From a virus (taxonomy: Duplodnaviria; Caudoviricetes), in the IMG/VR virus record IMGVR_UViG_3300002301_000013, positions 1-64,000 of that record: a stretch of 64,000 nucleotides of DNA; one strand, written 5' to 3'. Each line of letters begins with the position of its first letter. Within the stretch, counting starts at the first letter, position 1. Under the pieces are notes generated by a model, which was given only the letters and a program-made list of their open reading frames with translations, was not told the origin of the DNA and searched no databases. This document shows positions 1 through 10,321 of the stretch, piece after piece. Made by a program: the position numbers and the translations under genes.

Positions 1-2
1 CC

Positions 3-2888
3 GCAGCACAGCAAGCAGCATCACAGGCTGCATCTGCACAAAGTGCACAACAAGCAAGCGATGCTCAATCTGCGCTTGCTGCTGCCCAAGCACGAGTAGC
101 TGCCCTGCAAGCACAAGCAAACAATACTCAGGCAAGTGATACTACTCCAACAAGCAGTCCAGACGCACAGGCTGCAAGTAGCGCAATAAATCAACAGCAA
201 GGGCAAGAAATAAGCAACATAACAGATGCAAATGCTGCAAGTGCTGCTTCAATTTCACAACAAAATGCTAGTGCCAGTGCTCGTCAACAAGCAGAGTTGG
301 CGCAAACACAAGCACAAATTACAGCAACAAATACTAATAATACTGCACAAAGCAGTGGAAGTGGAACTGCAAATAGCGAACTTAACGCAGTAACAACTAA
401 TAATGGAGTAACGCAAACTAATCCTAGTGATGCAATTCCTGTTAATCCTAATCAAACTGTTAATTCTGTGACAAATGGTACAACAGAAGATGCTGCTGGT
501 GTCGCTGTTCAAACACAAAATAATAATACAACCTATACAGATCAACAGCCAACAGGCGGAGTGACCAACAGTCAAGGTGTTCCAGCACCATTAAGTTCTT
601 ATAACAATACTGGTAACCAACCAACAAGTAACATTACTAGCAGTGGACCAGCATCCGTTAATCAAAACTCGGCAGGCAATAATAGTTCTGGCAGTGGCGC
701 ACAATCACATCCTAGCACTAATATTCAACGCCCAAATAAACTGCACAACTATGTCAATTATACCTATCGTATTTCTATCTATGGAATACCTCGTGAAACT
801 ATTAATCAAATATATTCACAAGCAATTAGTCCTGGCAATGAACATAATCTTATGAACGGCGGTATTTTTGTTGCAAGTGATGGTGGCATGAGCGCACAAA
901 CTGCAAACAGAACATTTTTTCCAACAGATTTAACTATTGATAATTTAGAATTACAAACAATTGTCAATAGCACAGGTGATCAAACTCGTGCAACCGATGT
1001 TATTAAGTTAAAATTTGATATTATTGAGCCATATACTGTAAGTTTTTTGGCTAGATTACAAAAATTAGCAACCGCATTAAATCCAGGCGATACTAATTTT
1101 AGTTGGTCAAACAGTTTTTTTGTTATGAAAATTGAATTTATGGGTTATAATGACAATGGTCAGCCAATTGCTCCAAGCATTGGTTCTAATGGCAATGGTG
1201 AAGTTATACCAGGAACTACAAAGTATATACCATTTACTTTCGTGGGCATGAAGTTCAAGATTACTGCTAGCGGCGGAACATATAGTTGCGAAGCAATACC
1301 ATCTAACGGCATGGGTGTAAGTTCACTTGATAATCAAATTCCATTTCACATTGAAACAAAAGGCGGTTCTATTGCTGATTTGTTTAATGGTACACTGGCA
1401 AGCACCACTACCACATCTACTCTAACTCGTCCTAACAGTGCCGACCAAGAACTACAAACAACAACTACACAAAATACTGTAAGTGGCAATCAAACAACTG
1501 TCACAAAAGGCATTGCCAGTGCCTTAAATGCGGGTGAAATAGAAAAAGCAAGCCAAGTTGGTGCAGGCGGTAAGAAAGCTGGGCAATGGTTGCCAAACAC
1601 ATATGAATTTGAATTTCATAATGAATTATTAAGTGCCAAAGTTATTGATCCTCAAACATTTAAAGATCAAAGTGTGGCCATCAGTGGCGCATCAGATGCA
1701 AATAATAAAAAACAAGGACAGACTGGTTCATTAACTATTACTACTAACAGTCAAGCATTTCGTGCCACTGCGGGAACTCGCATAACTGATTTTATTGGTA
1801 GTGTTATTACTGTTAGTGATTATATGACTGGTCAAAACACTACTAGTGGACAAGATAATCAGCCAGTAAAAACATGGAAAATTACCCCTGTTATTAAATT
1901 TGGTCCCATTGATCGTGGAACAGGTTATTATCAACGCACCACCAAATACGTAATAATGCCATATACAATGTATGGTCATGATGCACCAGGATTTGGACAA
2001 GCACCAGTTTCTCCTAATCAAATTGTAAAAACATATACCTATTTGTATAGCGGTCAAAACAAAGATGTTATTGACGCTAATATTAATTATAATATGGCTT
2101 TCTTTGAATTTCGCAATGGTGTCCCTACCAATTATATTAATAAAGCTAATGATGAAAGCGGAAATGAGAAACAACAAAGCTATACCAGTGGTGGGTATGA
2201 TGCATATGGTGATGGGCGTTTCTTTAAACCTCGTTATCATTATGTTCGCGGATTGGCAGAACGCCAAAATACTGGTCCTACCACAGTTAGCGCACAAACA
2301 ATTGCCGTTCAAGAATTGATGGAAAAATTGCTTGATAATCGTGGTGATATGATATCCTTAGATTTTACGATTATTGGCGATCCAGACTGGATTAGTCAAG
2401 ATTATGCCTTAATGCATCCATCAGTTGTTGGCACATCGCCTTATATTGGCAGTAATGGAAGTATAAATTATACCAATCCAGTTTACTTTAATTTTTATTT
2501 TGCCACTCCTAATACTGATTATGATGATACCAGTGGCTTGTTTAATGTTAGCGGTGCATATAGTGAGTTTAGTGGAATTTATCGCACGGTTCAGGTTACA
2601 AGCACATTTAGTGGCGGTAAATTTACACAGAAATTAAAAAATTATCGTGTGCGCAATCAGCAACCACCAGCATCAACTGCTGCCAGAAGCGATAATGTAC
2701 CATCACAGTCTGTAAACGCTGCAACACGAGGCGCAACAGAAAACCCAGTGGCAGAAGCAGCGACAAACACAGTTGGCGCAGTAACTACTCCTACTCCTTC
2801 TCAGCCCTCAACAAGCAATAATACTAGTACTGCAAGCGAAGATGCTGGCAATGAACTAGCGCCATACACATATGCAACAGGATCGTAA
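3..2888 (+). CDS. Baseplate hub-like virion protein, 5'-partial
   Basis: The frame of the track ORF (TTG at 297) is open back to position 3 (AAQQAASQ..., Ala/Gln-rich), so the gene starts before the window. The C-terminal half has NKLHNYVNYTY and LDFTIIGDPDW segments. It lies directly upstream of the gp5-like gene. Confidence 0.6.
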   Translation, partial: AAQQAASQAASAQSAQQASDAQSALAAAQARVAALQAQANNTQASDTTPTSSPDAQAASSAINQQQGQEISNITDANAASAASISQQNASASARQQAELAQTQAQITATNTNNTAQSSGSGTANSELNAVTTNNGVTQTNPSDAIPVNPNQTVNSVTNGTTEDAAGVAVQTQNNNTTYTDQQPTGGVTNSQGVPAPLSSYNNTGNQPTSNITSSGPASVNQNSAGNNSSGSGAQSHPSTNIQRPNKLHNYVNYTYRISIYGIPRETINQIYSQAISPGNEHNLMNGGIFVASDGGMSAQTANRTFFPTDLTIDNLELQTIVNSTGDQTRATDVIKLKFDIIEPYTVSFLARLQKLATALNPGDTNFSWSNSFFVMKIEFMGYNDNGQPIAPSIGSNGNGEVIPGTTKYIPFTFVGMKFKITASGGTYSCEAIPSNGMGVSSLDNQIPFHIETKGGSIADLFNGTLASTTTTSTLTRPNSADQELQTTTTQNTVSGNQTTVTKGIASALNAGEIEKASQVGAGGKKAGQWLPNTYEFEFHNELLSAKVIDPQTFKDQSVAISGASDANNKKQGQTGSLTITTNSQAFRATAGTRITDFIGSVITVSDYMTGQNTTSGQDNQPVKTWKITPVIKFGPIDRGTGYYQRTTKYVIMPYTMYGHDAPGFGQAPVSPNQIVKTYTYLYSGQNKDVIDANINYNMAFFEFRNGVPTNYINKANDESGNEKQQSYTSGGYDAYGDGRFFKPRYHYVRGLAERQNTGPTTVSAQTIAVQELMEKLLDNRGDMISLDFTIIGDPDWISQDYALMHPSVVGTSPYIGSNGSINYTNPVYFNFYFATPNTDYDDTSGLFNVSGAYSEFSGIYRTVQVTSTFSGGKFTQKLKNYRVRNQQPPASTAARSDNVPSQSVNAATRGATENPVAEAATNTVGAVTTPTPSQPSTSNNTSTASEDAGNELAPYTYATGS

Positions 2889-2891
2889 TAA

Positions 2892-5800
2892 ATGACTGAC
2901 ATTTTTGACCAAGAGTTTAGAAAGGCCCCTCACCATACAAAGCATGAAAGTGCAAGTGGTGTTCGCATATCGCCTGGTCCTTATGTGGGTATTGTAAAAA
3001 ATAATACTGACCCACTTCGTAGTGGTAAACTTCAAGTTTGGATTCCTGAATTAGGCGGCAGTCCAACTGATGAAGGAAGTTGGAAAACAGTTAGTTACTC
3101 AACTCCATTTTATGGCGTAACCAATCATCGTGATACTAGCGGATATGCAGGACATCCTCATTCTTATGGCATGTGGTTTGTTCCTCCTGATATTGGTATT
3201 AAAGTTCTTTGCACATTTGCTAACGGAAATCCATTTGATGGTTATTGGTTTGCATGTGTTCCTGAATGGCCAAATATGTATAACTTGCCTGGCATGGCGG
3301 CATCGTTGGATGGAAGCATTCCATCTCCTGTTACCAACGGGCCAACTGATACACTAACTCCCGCAATTTTAAGCAACATTGGTCCGTTAAAAGATCAAAG
3401 TGGTAATAATTTGCGAATAGCACATGATTATCAAAAGGCTACTTGGGATGCTCAGCATTTAACCAATGATCCAGATCGTGGACCTGGCACAAGCAGTGCA
3501 TTTCGTGAAACTCCAAGCAGTGTATTTGGTATTTCAACGCCTGGACAACCAATTGATTCAAGTGATCCGCAATTAAAACCAAATGTAAACGGCGACCAAG
3601 AATGGGGCGTTCGTGGTCGCAAAGGCGGACATACTTTTGTTATGGATGATGGCGATTCCAAAGGCAAAAACCAGATGTTTAGGTTGCGCAGTTCAAAAGG
3701 TCATATGATCCTAATGAACGACACCAAAGATTTTATCTATGTTATCAACAGCAAAGGAACTGCTTGGGTTGAAATTAATGCTGCTGGCGATATCAACATG
3801 TATTCACAAAGCAATGTGAATATCAAAGCAAAAGGTGGTATGCAGCTTGAAACCGATGGCGCATTAAAATTACATGGTAAAACAGTAGATATTGTAAGTG
3901 ATGGTGCATTTAATATGCAAGGAACTGATATCAACATACTTGGCAGTGGCAAAACAAAGGTTACTGGCAAATCTGCTCTTCATTTAAAAGGTAAAAATAC
4001 CTATCTAACTGGCGATAGTTGTATTCAAATTAAGGCAGATGGACATATTGATCTTAAAGCTGCTTGTCATACAATTAATACTGCTGATGCAACAAAGGCA
4101 GAAGAAGCAGGCGCAGGACAAAAACCAAGTAATATGCCAACCAATGAACCTTGGACAGGACATAATAGTCCAACTGCTCCAACGAGTCAACCTGCATTTG
4201 GACAAACACAAGGATTGCCTGGCGCAGCAACTGCTGGCATATTCAGTGCTGCTAATAATTTTGGTAGCAACAATGTTCAACAAAATTATGGTCCAATGAC
4301 CAATAACATTCCGCCAACAACCTATACAAACAGTGCAACTAATTTTGCTGGACAAGGCAGTACTGCTGGTAATTATACTTCAAGCACTGATAGTAGTGGA
4401 ACAAGTTATATTGTGGCTGGTGCAATTGCAGGCGCGGTTGCTGGCATCGCTTATGGCAGTGGTGCAAGTTTTGATGTATCTAGCATATCACCTGAAAACA
4501 ACAGTGATCCAAACTTTACTACTGGTGAATTGCAGAATAATCCTGGCAATCTTCCATACAGCAGCAACGATCAATTTGCAGTTGGTTATGCAAACAGCAT
4601 TGCAGTATATACTAAACCAGAAAATGGTATTGCAGCATTGGCAGTATTGTTTGATAGCTTTAATACAAGCACAACAACTATGTGTATTGATTTAATTACC
4701 AAATTCTTAAACGCAAAATCTAATCAAGACCCTAATGTTATTAATATGACTCGTTATATGAATACTAACTTAGGAATCAGTGCAACAGATCATGTGGCAT
4801 TGAGTGACCCAACAACTCGTCTTGGATGGGTTGCTACTGTAATTAAATATGTTCAAAACGGTCTCATCTATACCTATGACCAATTAGTTAGTGGATGCGC
4901 ATTAAGTTTAAATATCAGCAAAACAACATTCTTGAACGGATTGCAGCCTGTTACGCAACCTTGGCAAAACAATGGTGGAACTAATCCATATAGTGGATTT
5001 GTTAATCCAGCAACTACTCCAAATGTTCAAAATAACGGAAACAGTCCACTAACGCAGATTGCAACTGGTATTATTAATAATATTGTAAGTGGTGCAGCGT
5101 TTAGTGTTGGTAATTCAATTGGCAGTTCTGTTGGAAATTACTTAACTGGTTCTTCAAATTCACCATCCAATGCAGTAAGTAGCGCAGTAAATTCTGCTAC
5201 ATCAAATCTTGGTTTGGCCACTGGTCAATCAGCATATACATCCTATCTTGGACAAAGTGTAGGCAGTGGACAATGCGTTGCATTGGTACAAGCAGCAAGT
5301 GGTGCTGGTACTACATCAACATGGGTACCTGGCACTAGCGTAACTAGTGGCACTTTACAACCAGGAACGGTTATTGCTACATTTGGCAGTGATGGAACAT
5401 ATCAAAATATCTCAGGACAAAGCCACGCAGCTATTTTCTTGGGTTATCAATATGATCAAAATGGAAATGTTACTGGTATCCAAGTTCAAGATCAATGGTC
5501 TGGACAACCTTGCGGCACTCGTGTTATTCCATATGGCACAGGAACGCCAGAAAGTGGTGAAAACTTTGTTGCAGTCACGCATGATGGCAGCACACCAATT
5601 CAGGCTGCTGGTTCTCCACAGCCTATTACGCAGGATCAAGTTAATAACTTAGATGGAAATGTTCCGCTTCCACCTACTAATCCTGATTCAGTCAGTGGAA
5701 ATAACCCAACAAGTGCTAACAATGTTGACAATTATGATAACAGCGGTTATCGTGATATGAGTGCAACTGGTTCTGCAAGTTCTAGCACGGATACCAGTTA

Positions 5801-6488
5801 TCTACCAATTGAAAATTCAAATGCAGCATATACTAGTGCAAGTTCACCAACAAGTGCTGACAATGCTTATAATTATAGTCAAACAGATAACAGTTATCTA
5901 CCAATTGAAAACTCAAGTCCATCATATATTAGCGCAAGTTCACCAACAAGTGCTGATAATGTTTATAATTATAGTCCGACACCAGATACAAGTTATCTAC
6001 CAATAGAAAATCCTAATCCAGCATCTGTCAGTGCAAGTTCACCGACTAGTAGTAATAATTATTATAATGCTTCGCAGCCCGTAGTTGACACAACTCCAAA
6101 TCGTGATCCTATTGCAAATCCAGATTCTGCTGCATATGGAGACAATTATAGTTCAACGGTTGTCAATGCACCAACTAATACGCCAACAACAGCGGTTGCT
6201 AATCCAGGCGATATTGCCACAGGTGGCGTTGGAACAGGAAATAACCAAAGTGATACTGGTTCGGTCATTGATAGTGCACAAAGTACTTCTTCATCTGCGG
6301 GCACAGCCGCGACAAATGTAGCAAATCCAGGTGACATTGCTGGCGGCGGATTTGGCAGTGGCAGTAGCGGTGGGTCAACACAACCTATTACTGGAACACA
6401 AGCTGCTCCTGCAACAGGTGGACAAACAGGCGCACAAAGTGCACCAGGCGGCAGTTCAAGTACTGGCGCTGGTGGAAAGAGTTGTTAA
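2892..6488 (+). CDS. T4 gp5/VgrG-like baseplate central spike with cargo domains (NNPGN-type and Tae2/BPSL0067-like amidase)
   Basis: N-terminal GPYVGIVKNNTDPLRSGKLQVWIPELGG is a gp5 OB-fold pattern. It is followed by GHTFVMDD/GHMILMND and beta-helix-like repeats, PTNEPWTGH, NNPGNL (4536), QCVALV...SHAAIF...DQW (5271-5498) and a Ser/Thr-rich tail. Confidence 0.85.
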   Translation: MTDIFDQEFRKAPHHTKHESASGVRISPGPYVGIVKNNTDPLRSGKLQVWIPELGGSPTDEGSWKTVSYSTPFYGVTNHRDTSGYAGHPHSYGMWFVPPDIGIKVLCTFANGNPFDGYWFACVPEWPNMYNLPGMAASLDGSIPSPVTNGPTDTLTPAILSNIGPLKDQSGNNLRIAHDYQKATWDAQHLTNDPDRGPGTSSAFRETPSSVFGISTPGQPIDSSDPQLKPNVNGDQEWGVRGRKGGHTFVMDDGDSKGKNQMFRLRSSKGHMILMNDTKDFIYVINSKGTAWVEINAAGDINMYSQSNVNIKAKGGMQLETDGALKLHGKTVDIVSDGAFNMQGTDINILGSGKTKVTGKSALHLKGKNTYLTGDSCIQIKADGHIDLKAACHTINTADATKAEEAGAGQKPSNMPTNEPWTGHNSPTAPTSQPAFGQTQGLPGAATAGIFSAANNFGSNNVQQNYGPMTNNIPPTTYTNSATNFAGQGSTAGNYTSSTDSSGTSYIVAGAIAGAVAGIAYGSGASFDVSSISPENNSDPNFTTGELQNNPGNLPYSSNDQFAVGYANSIAVYTKPENGIAALAVLFDSFNTSTTTMCIDLITKFLNAKSNQDPNVINMTRYMNTNLGISATDHVALSDPTTRLGWVATVIKYVQNGLIYTYDQLVSGCALSLNISKTTFLNGLQPVTQPWQNNGGTNPYSGFVNPATTPNVQNNGNSPLTQIATGIINNIVSGAAFSVGNSIGSSVGNYLTGSSNSPSNAVSSAVNSATSNLGLATGQSAYTSYLGQSVGSGQCVALVQAASGAGTTSTWVPGTSVTSGTLQPGTVIATFGSDGTYQNISGQSHAAIFLGYQYDQNGNVTGIQVQDQWSGQPCGTRVIPYGTGTPESGENFVAVTHDGSTPIQAAGSPQPITQDQVNNLDGNVPLPPTNPDSVSGNNPTSANNVDNYDNSGYRDMSATGSASSSTDTSYLPIENSNAAYTSASSPTSADNAYNYSQTDNSYLPIENSSPSYISASSPTSADNVYNYSPTPDTSYLPIENPNPASVSASSPTSSNNYYNASQPVVDTTPNRDPIANPDSAAYGDNYSSTVVNAPTNTPTTAVANPGDIATGGVGTGNNQSDTGSVIDSAQSTSSSAGTAATNVANPGDIAGGGFGSGSSGGSTQPITGTQAAPATGGQTGAQSAPGGSSSTGAGGKSC
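5790..6075 (+). repeat. Three tandem ~32-aa repeats (SYLPIEN...SASSPTS.DN.YNYS) in the spike C-terminal region
   Basis: AGTTATCTACCAAT recurs at 5796, 5892 and 5991 (spacing 96 and 99 nt). Confidence 0.9.
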
Positions 6489-6493
6489 ATACT
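6486..6493 (+). promoter_or_regulatory. T4-like late promoter TAAATA(CT); representative of copies at 6909, 25693, 27310, 32907, 34547, 54874 (+) and 53485, 60415 (-)
   Basis: The same hexamer sits in short intergenic gaps just upstream of structural genes and resembles the gp55-dependent TATAAATA. Confidence 0.75.
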
Positions 6494-6496
6494 GAT

Positions 6497-6883
6497 ATGG
6501 CATTATATAAAGGTTATAGCAGCGTAAATCGTGATTTTGGACCGTTTAACATCACTGACAATGATTTAATCGTTCAAGACCTATTGAACTATTTGAGTAT
6601 ACGCAAAGGCGAGAAACTTCACAATCCCGCCTTTGGTACAATTATCTGGAATAGATTGTTTGATCCGCTTACTCCTGCGTTAAAAAATGAAATAAAACAA
6701 GATATTGACCGTATTATTGCATATGACCCACGCTTTAATGTAGTAACACAAACAGTTGTACAAGAATCGCCTGATGGTCGTGGACTATTATTAAACTTTA
6801 GTTTGAGTTTTGCAACAGATAACAAAATATCTGATCTTCAAGTATTATTTGACAAGTCTAGTAATCGGCTTTATGTGATATAA
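6497..6883 (+). CDS. Baseplate wedge protein, gp25-like
   Basis: DLLNYLSIRKGEKLHNPAFGTIIWNRLFDPLT is a gp25/GPW_gp25 pattern. ATG at 6497 follows TAAATACT. Located between the gp5-like and gp6-like genes. Confidence 0.9.
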   Translation: MALYKGYSSVNRDFGPFNITDNDLIVQDLLNYLSIRKGEKLHNPAFGTIIWNRLFDPLTPALKNEIKQDIDRIIAYDPRFNVVTQTVVQESPDGRGLLLNFSLSFATDNKISDLQVLFDKSSNRLYVI

Positions 6884-6928
6884 TAATAGTCGCATATTAT
6901 TTTTAAAATAAATACTTTGAGGTTTAAA

Positions 6929-9900
6929 ATGGCTACTAACACTCGTCAAACAAATATTTTTTCTGCGGAAGATTGGAAAAAAGTTTATACAACTTTCTCC
7001 AATGCAGATTTCCAATCCTATGACTTTGAAACTCTTCGCAAAGTCATGGTTGACTATATTAAAACATATTATGCAGAAGATTTCAATGATTTCATTGAAA
7101 GCAGTGAATATGTAGCATTATTAGACTTAATTGCGTTCATGGGACAAAGCGTTGCTTTTCGCAGCGATCTTAATGCTCGTGAAAACTTTCTTGACACCGC
7201 AGAACGCCGCGATAGCGTCCTGAAACTAGTAAAACAATTAAATTATGTTCCTAACCGCAATGTTGCGGCAAATGGATTGCTAAAGATTGTAAATGTTAAT
7301 ACCACAGAAAATATATTTGATATCAATGGCAATAATCTAAGCCGAGTTACAGTTAATTGGAACGATGCCAATAATGCAAGTTGGGTTAGTCAATTTACGC
7401 AAATTCTTAATGCAGCTATCAGTAGTAGCACAAAGATTGGCAAGCCATTTGCAAGCAAAACAATTAACGGTATCCGTACTGAGCAATACAATATTGCCAT
7501 TCCAAATACTATTTTACCAATTCTTGCTTTTAACAGCACTATTAATGATGTTAATACAGATTTTGAAATCGTAAGTGCAAATATTACTAACACTGATACT
7601 ATCAGTGAATATGATCCTGGTACTCGTGGTCAATTTGGTATGATTTATCAAAATGACAGCCGAGGCAATGCTAGTGCAAATACTGGTTTCTTCTTGTTTT
7701 TCAAACAAGGAACTTTAAACTCAACTGATTTTGTTATTACTGAAAAAGTTGCTAATCGTGTATTTCCTATTAATACAACAAATATCAACAATAGCGATAT
7801 TTGGATGTATGAAATTACTAGTGGAAATATTGGAAATCAATGGACACAAGTTCCAGCAACTAGTGGTAGCAGCGCCATTTATAATAGTGTTGCTCGTGGT
7901 ATCCGCACCTTATTCAGCGTAGATACTCGCATCAATGACCAAATTGATTTGATTTTTGGCGATGGAAGCTTTAGTGATATTCCACTTGGCACATATCGTT
8001 CTTATTATCGTGTATCTAATGGATTAACTTATCGTATTACTCCAAGTGATATGAGCAGCATTTCTGTTGCAATCCCTTATATTGATGTTACAGGTAAACC
8101 ACAAACCCTAACAATCAGTGCAAGTCTACAATATACTGTAAGCAATTCTTCTCGTCGTGATTTAACAAGCGAAATTAAACAAAAGGCTCCACAAGCCTAT
8201 TATACACAAAATCGCATGGTTAACGGCGAAGATTATAATACATTTCCTTATACTTCTTATAGTGATATTGTTAAGGTAAAGAGTGTAAATCGTTATGCCA
8301 GTGGTGTGTCTCGTGGACTTGATATCACTGACCCAACTGGCAAGTATACATCAACCGATCTTTATGGTCGTGATGGTGTATTATACAAGAATACCTATAA
8401 TCAAGCATTTGACTTTACTTTTAATAGCCGCAATGATGTTATTGATGTCATCAATAAGAAAGTTCTGCCTGCTATTCAAGATTATCCAATGCGTCATTTC
8501 TATTTTGAAAACTATACGCCATTGGATTTTACTGTTCTATATCCAACTGTATGGTCACGCAGCACAGATGATACAACTACATCAACTGGTTTCTTTTTAG
8601 ATGCAAATAATATTGCAAATGGACCACAACAGATTGCAAATTCATCTACCAGTTATCTTAAATTTTTACAAGTAAACAGTTTAATTAAGTTTGTTGCTCC
8701 TACTGGACAATATTTTGATGCAACCAATACTTTAATTACTGGCACTCCAGTGCTATCAACTGATAGAACTTTTATCTGGGCAAGTATTCAAAGTATTACT
8801 GGCAGTGGCGCATCTACTGTATTGGTTGCTGGTCGTAATATTGGTGCAGTTACCTTAAGTGAAAGTATTCCAAGTAATGCTATCGTAAGTCAGGTTTATG
8901 TTTCTTTCGCAACTACTTTCCAATATTCAACTATTAACACAATGGTAACTTATATTCTTAATAAAACCCAATTTGGTTTGATTTATGATTATAATAAAAC
9001 TGCTGGTCCAAATGATCCTTGGACTATTATTCCATATGTTGATGTTAATACAACAAATCCATTCAATCTTGCTAGTCAATATACAAATAATGATAGCAGT
9101 TGGTTGCTATTGTTTACAACAGATGGACAGAAATATACAGTTAAATATCGTCAGTTAGATTTTGTATTCGGCAGTGCTAAGCAAGTTAGCTTTATCAGCA
9201 CCAATCCAGTAGCAGTATATGATGCTGCAACTAATACATTAGTTCGTGACAATATTAGATTGACAACCGTAAACAGCGGTATTAGCAAAGATGTTAATAT
9301 GAATGTTTATAAAAATTATTTGACTACTGATGGTTATAGTGACAGCAGTCGCATTTATGTAACATATCCTATTAGTTCAACGAGTGGTTTGCCTACTGAT
9401 CCAGATATTTTTGCTGAAACAAATACAACCAACAGCTTGGCATTTTATCAAAAGTATATTGATAGCGATAATCTTGTTCGTTTTCAATTGATGCCAACTG
9501 GCGCAGTTGTCGCAATTTACAATACAGTTACTGATATCACTTATGTTCGCAATAATTTTCCAGTTGGAACTGTATTTTACGCATTGGTAGATCAAATGTT
9601 CTATCAAATTCAAAGTGTTAATGATGTAAACACTGTTGTTAGCGTTAACAATTCTTACCTAGTGTTCTCTGGTCGTCAAGATTTAGTATTTGAATATGAG
9701 CATAATGCTGAGAATACTCGTCGCCTTGATCCAGCAGCAACTAACTTAATTGATACCTTTATCTTAACTCGTGCTTATGATGAAAGCTATCGTAACTATG
9801 TGTATGATAATACTAATACTGTAGCAAAACCTGCTAACTTAGATAGTGTTCAGCTTAATAGCAGCTATAGTGGATTGTTTAACTATAAGATGCTTAGCGA

Positions 9901-10318
9901 CGAGATGGTATTAAATCCAGGCATTTATAAATTATTATTTGGTGCAAAAGCTGATGTTACTCTTCAAGCTAATTTCCAAATTATTAAAAATGCAAATACT
10001 ACCTTAAGCGATACTGAAATTAAAAGTCGTGTAGTTGATAGTATCAACTCATACTTTAGCTTAGACAATTGGGATTTTGGCAATACATTCTATTTTAGTG
10101 AATTAGCAGCTTATCTACATCAACAGCTAAGCAGCTATATCAGTAGCGTCGTGTTAATTCCAATCGGAAGTAACAATTATTTTGGCAGTCTCTATGAAAT
10201 TCGTTGTGAACCTAATGAAATCTTCTTAAGTGCAGCAACAGTAGATAATATACAAATAGTTCAAAGTGTTCTCAGCGGCATTAATTCTGCTGGCGTTCAG
10301 TTATATCAGGGATATTAA
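6929..10318 (+). CDS. Baseplate wedge subunit, gp6-like
   Basis: DFETLRKVMVDYIK...FNDFIESSEYVALLDLIAF...ENFLDTAERRDSV, FGDGSF and QNRMVNGEDY motifs. ATG at 6929 follows TAAATACT and GAGG. Confidence 0.85.
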   Translation: MATNTRQTNIFSAEDWKKVYTTFSNADFQSYDFETLRKVMVDYIKTYYAEDFNDFIESSEYVALLDLIAFMGQSVAFRSDLNARENFLDTAERRDSVLKLVKQLNYVPNRNVAANGLLKIVNVNTTENIFDINGNNLSRVTVNWNDANNASWVSQFTQILNAAISSSTKIGKPFASKTINGIRTEQYNIAIPNTILPILAFNSTINDVNTDFEIVSANITNTDTISEYDPGTRGQFGMIYQNDSRGNASANTGFFLFFKQGTLNSTDFVITEKVANRVFPINTTNINNSDIWMYEITSGNIGNQWTQVPATSGSSAIYNSVARGIRTLFSVDTRINDQIDLIFGDGSFSDIPLGTYRSYYRVSNGLTYRITPSDMSSISVAIPYIDVTGKPQTLTISASLQYTVSNSSRRDLTSEIKQKAPQAYYTQNRMVNGEDYNTFPYTSYSDIVKVKSVNRYASGVSRGLDITDPTGKYTSTDLYGRDGVLYKNTYNQAFDFTFNSRNDVIDVINKKVLPAIQDYPMRHFYFENYTPLDFTVLYPTVWSRSTDDTTTSTGFFLDANNIANGPQQIANSSTSYLKFLQVNSLIKFVAPTGQYFDATNTLITGTPVLSTDRTFIWASIQSITGSGASTVLVAGRNIGAVTLSESIPSNAIVSQVYVSFATTFQYSTINTMVTYILNKTQFGLIYDYNKTAGPNDPWTIIPYVDVNTTNPFNLASQYTNNDSSWLLLFTTDGQKYTVKYRQLDFVFGSAKQVSFISTNPVAVYDAATNTLVRDNIRLTTVNSGISKDVNMNVYKNYLTTDGYSDSSRIYVTYPISSTSGLPTDPDIFAETNTTNSLAFYQKYIDSDNLVRFQLMPTGAVVAIYNTVTDITYVRNNFPVGTVFYALVDQMFYQIQSVNDVNTVVSVNNSYLVFSGRQDLVFEYEHNAENTRRLDPAATNLIDTFILTRAYDESYRNYVYDNTNTVAKPANLDSVQLNSSYSGLFNYKMLSDEMVLNPGIYKLLFGAKADVTLQANFQIIKNANTTLSDTEIKSRVVDSINSYFSLDNWDFGNTFYFSELAAYLHQQLSSYISSVVLIPIGSNNYFGSLYEIRCEPNEIFLSAATVDNIQIVQSVLSGINSAGVQLYQGY

Positions 10319-10321
10319 TAA

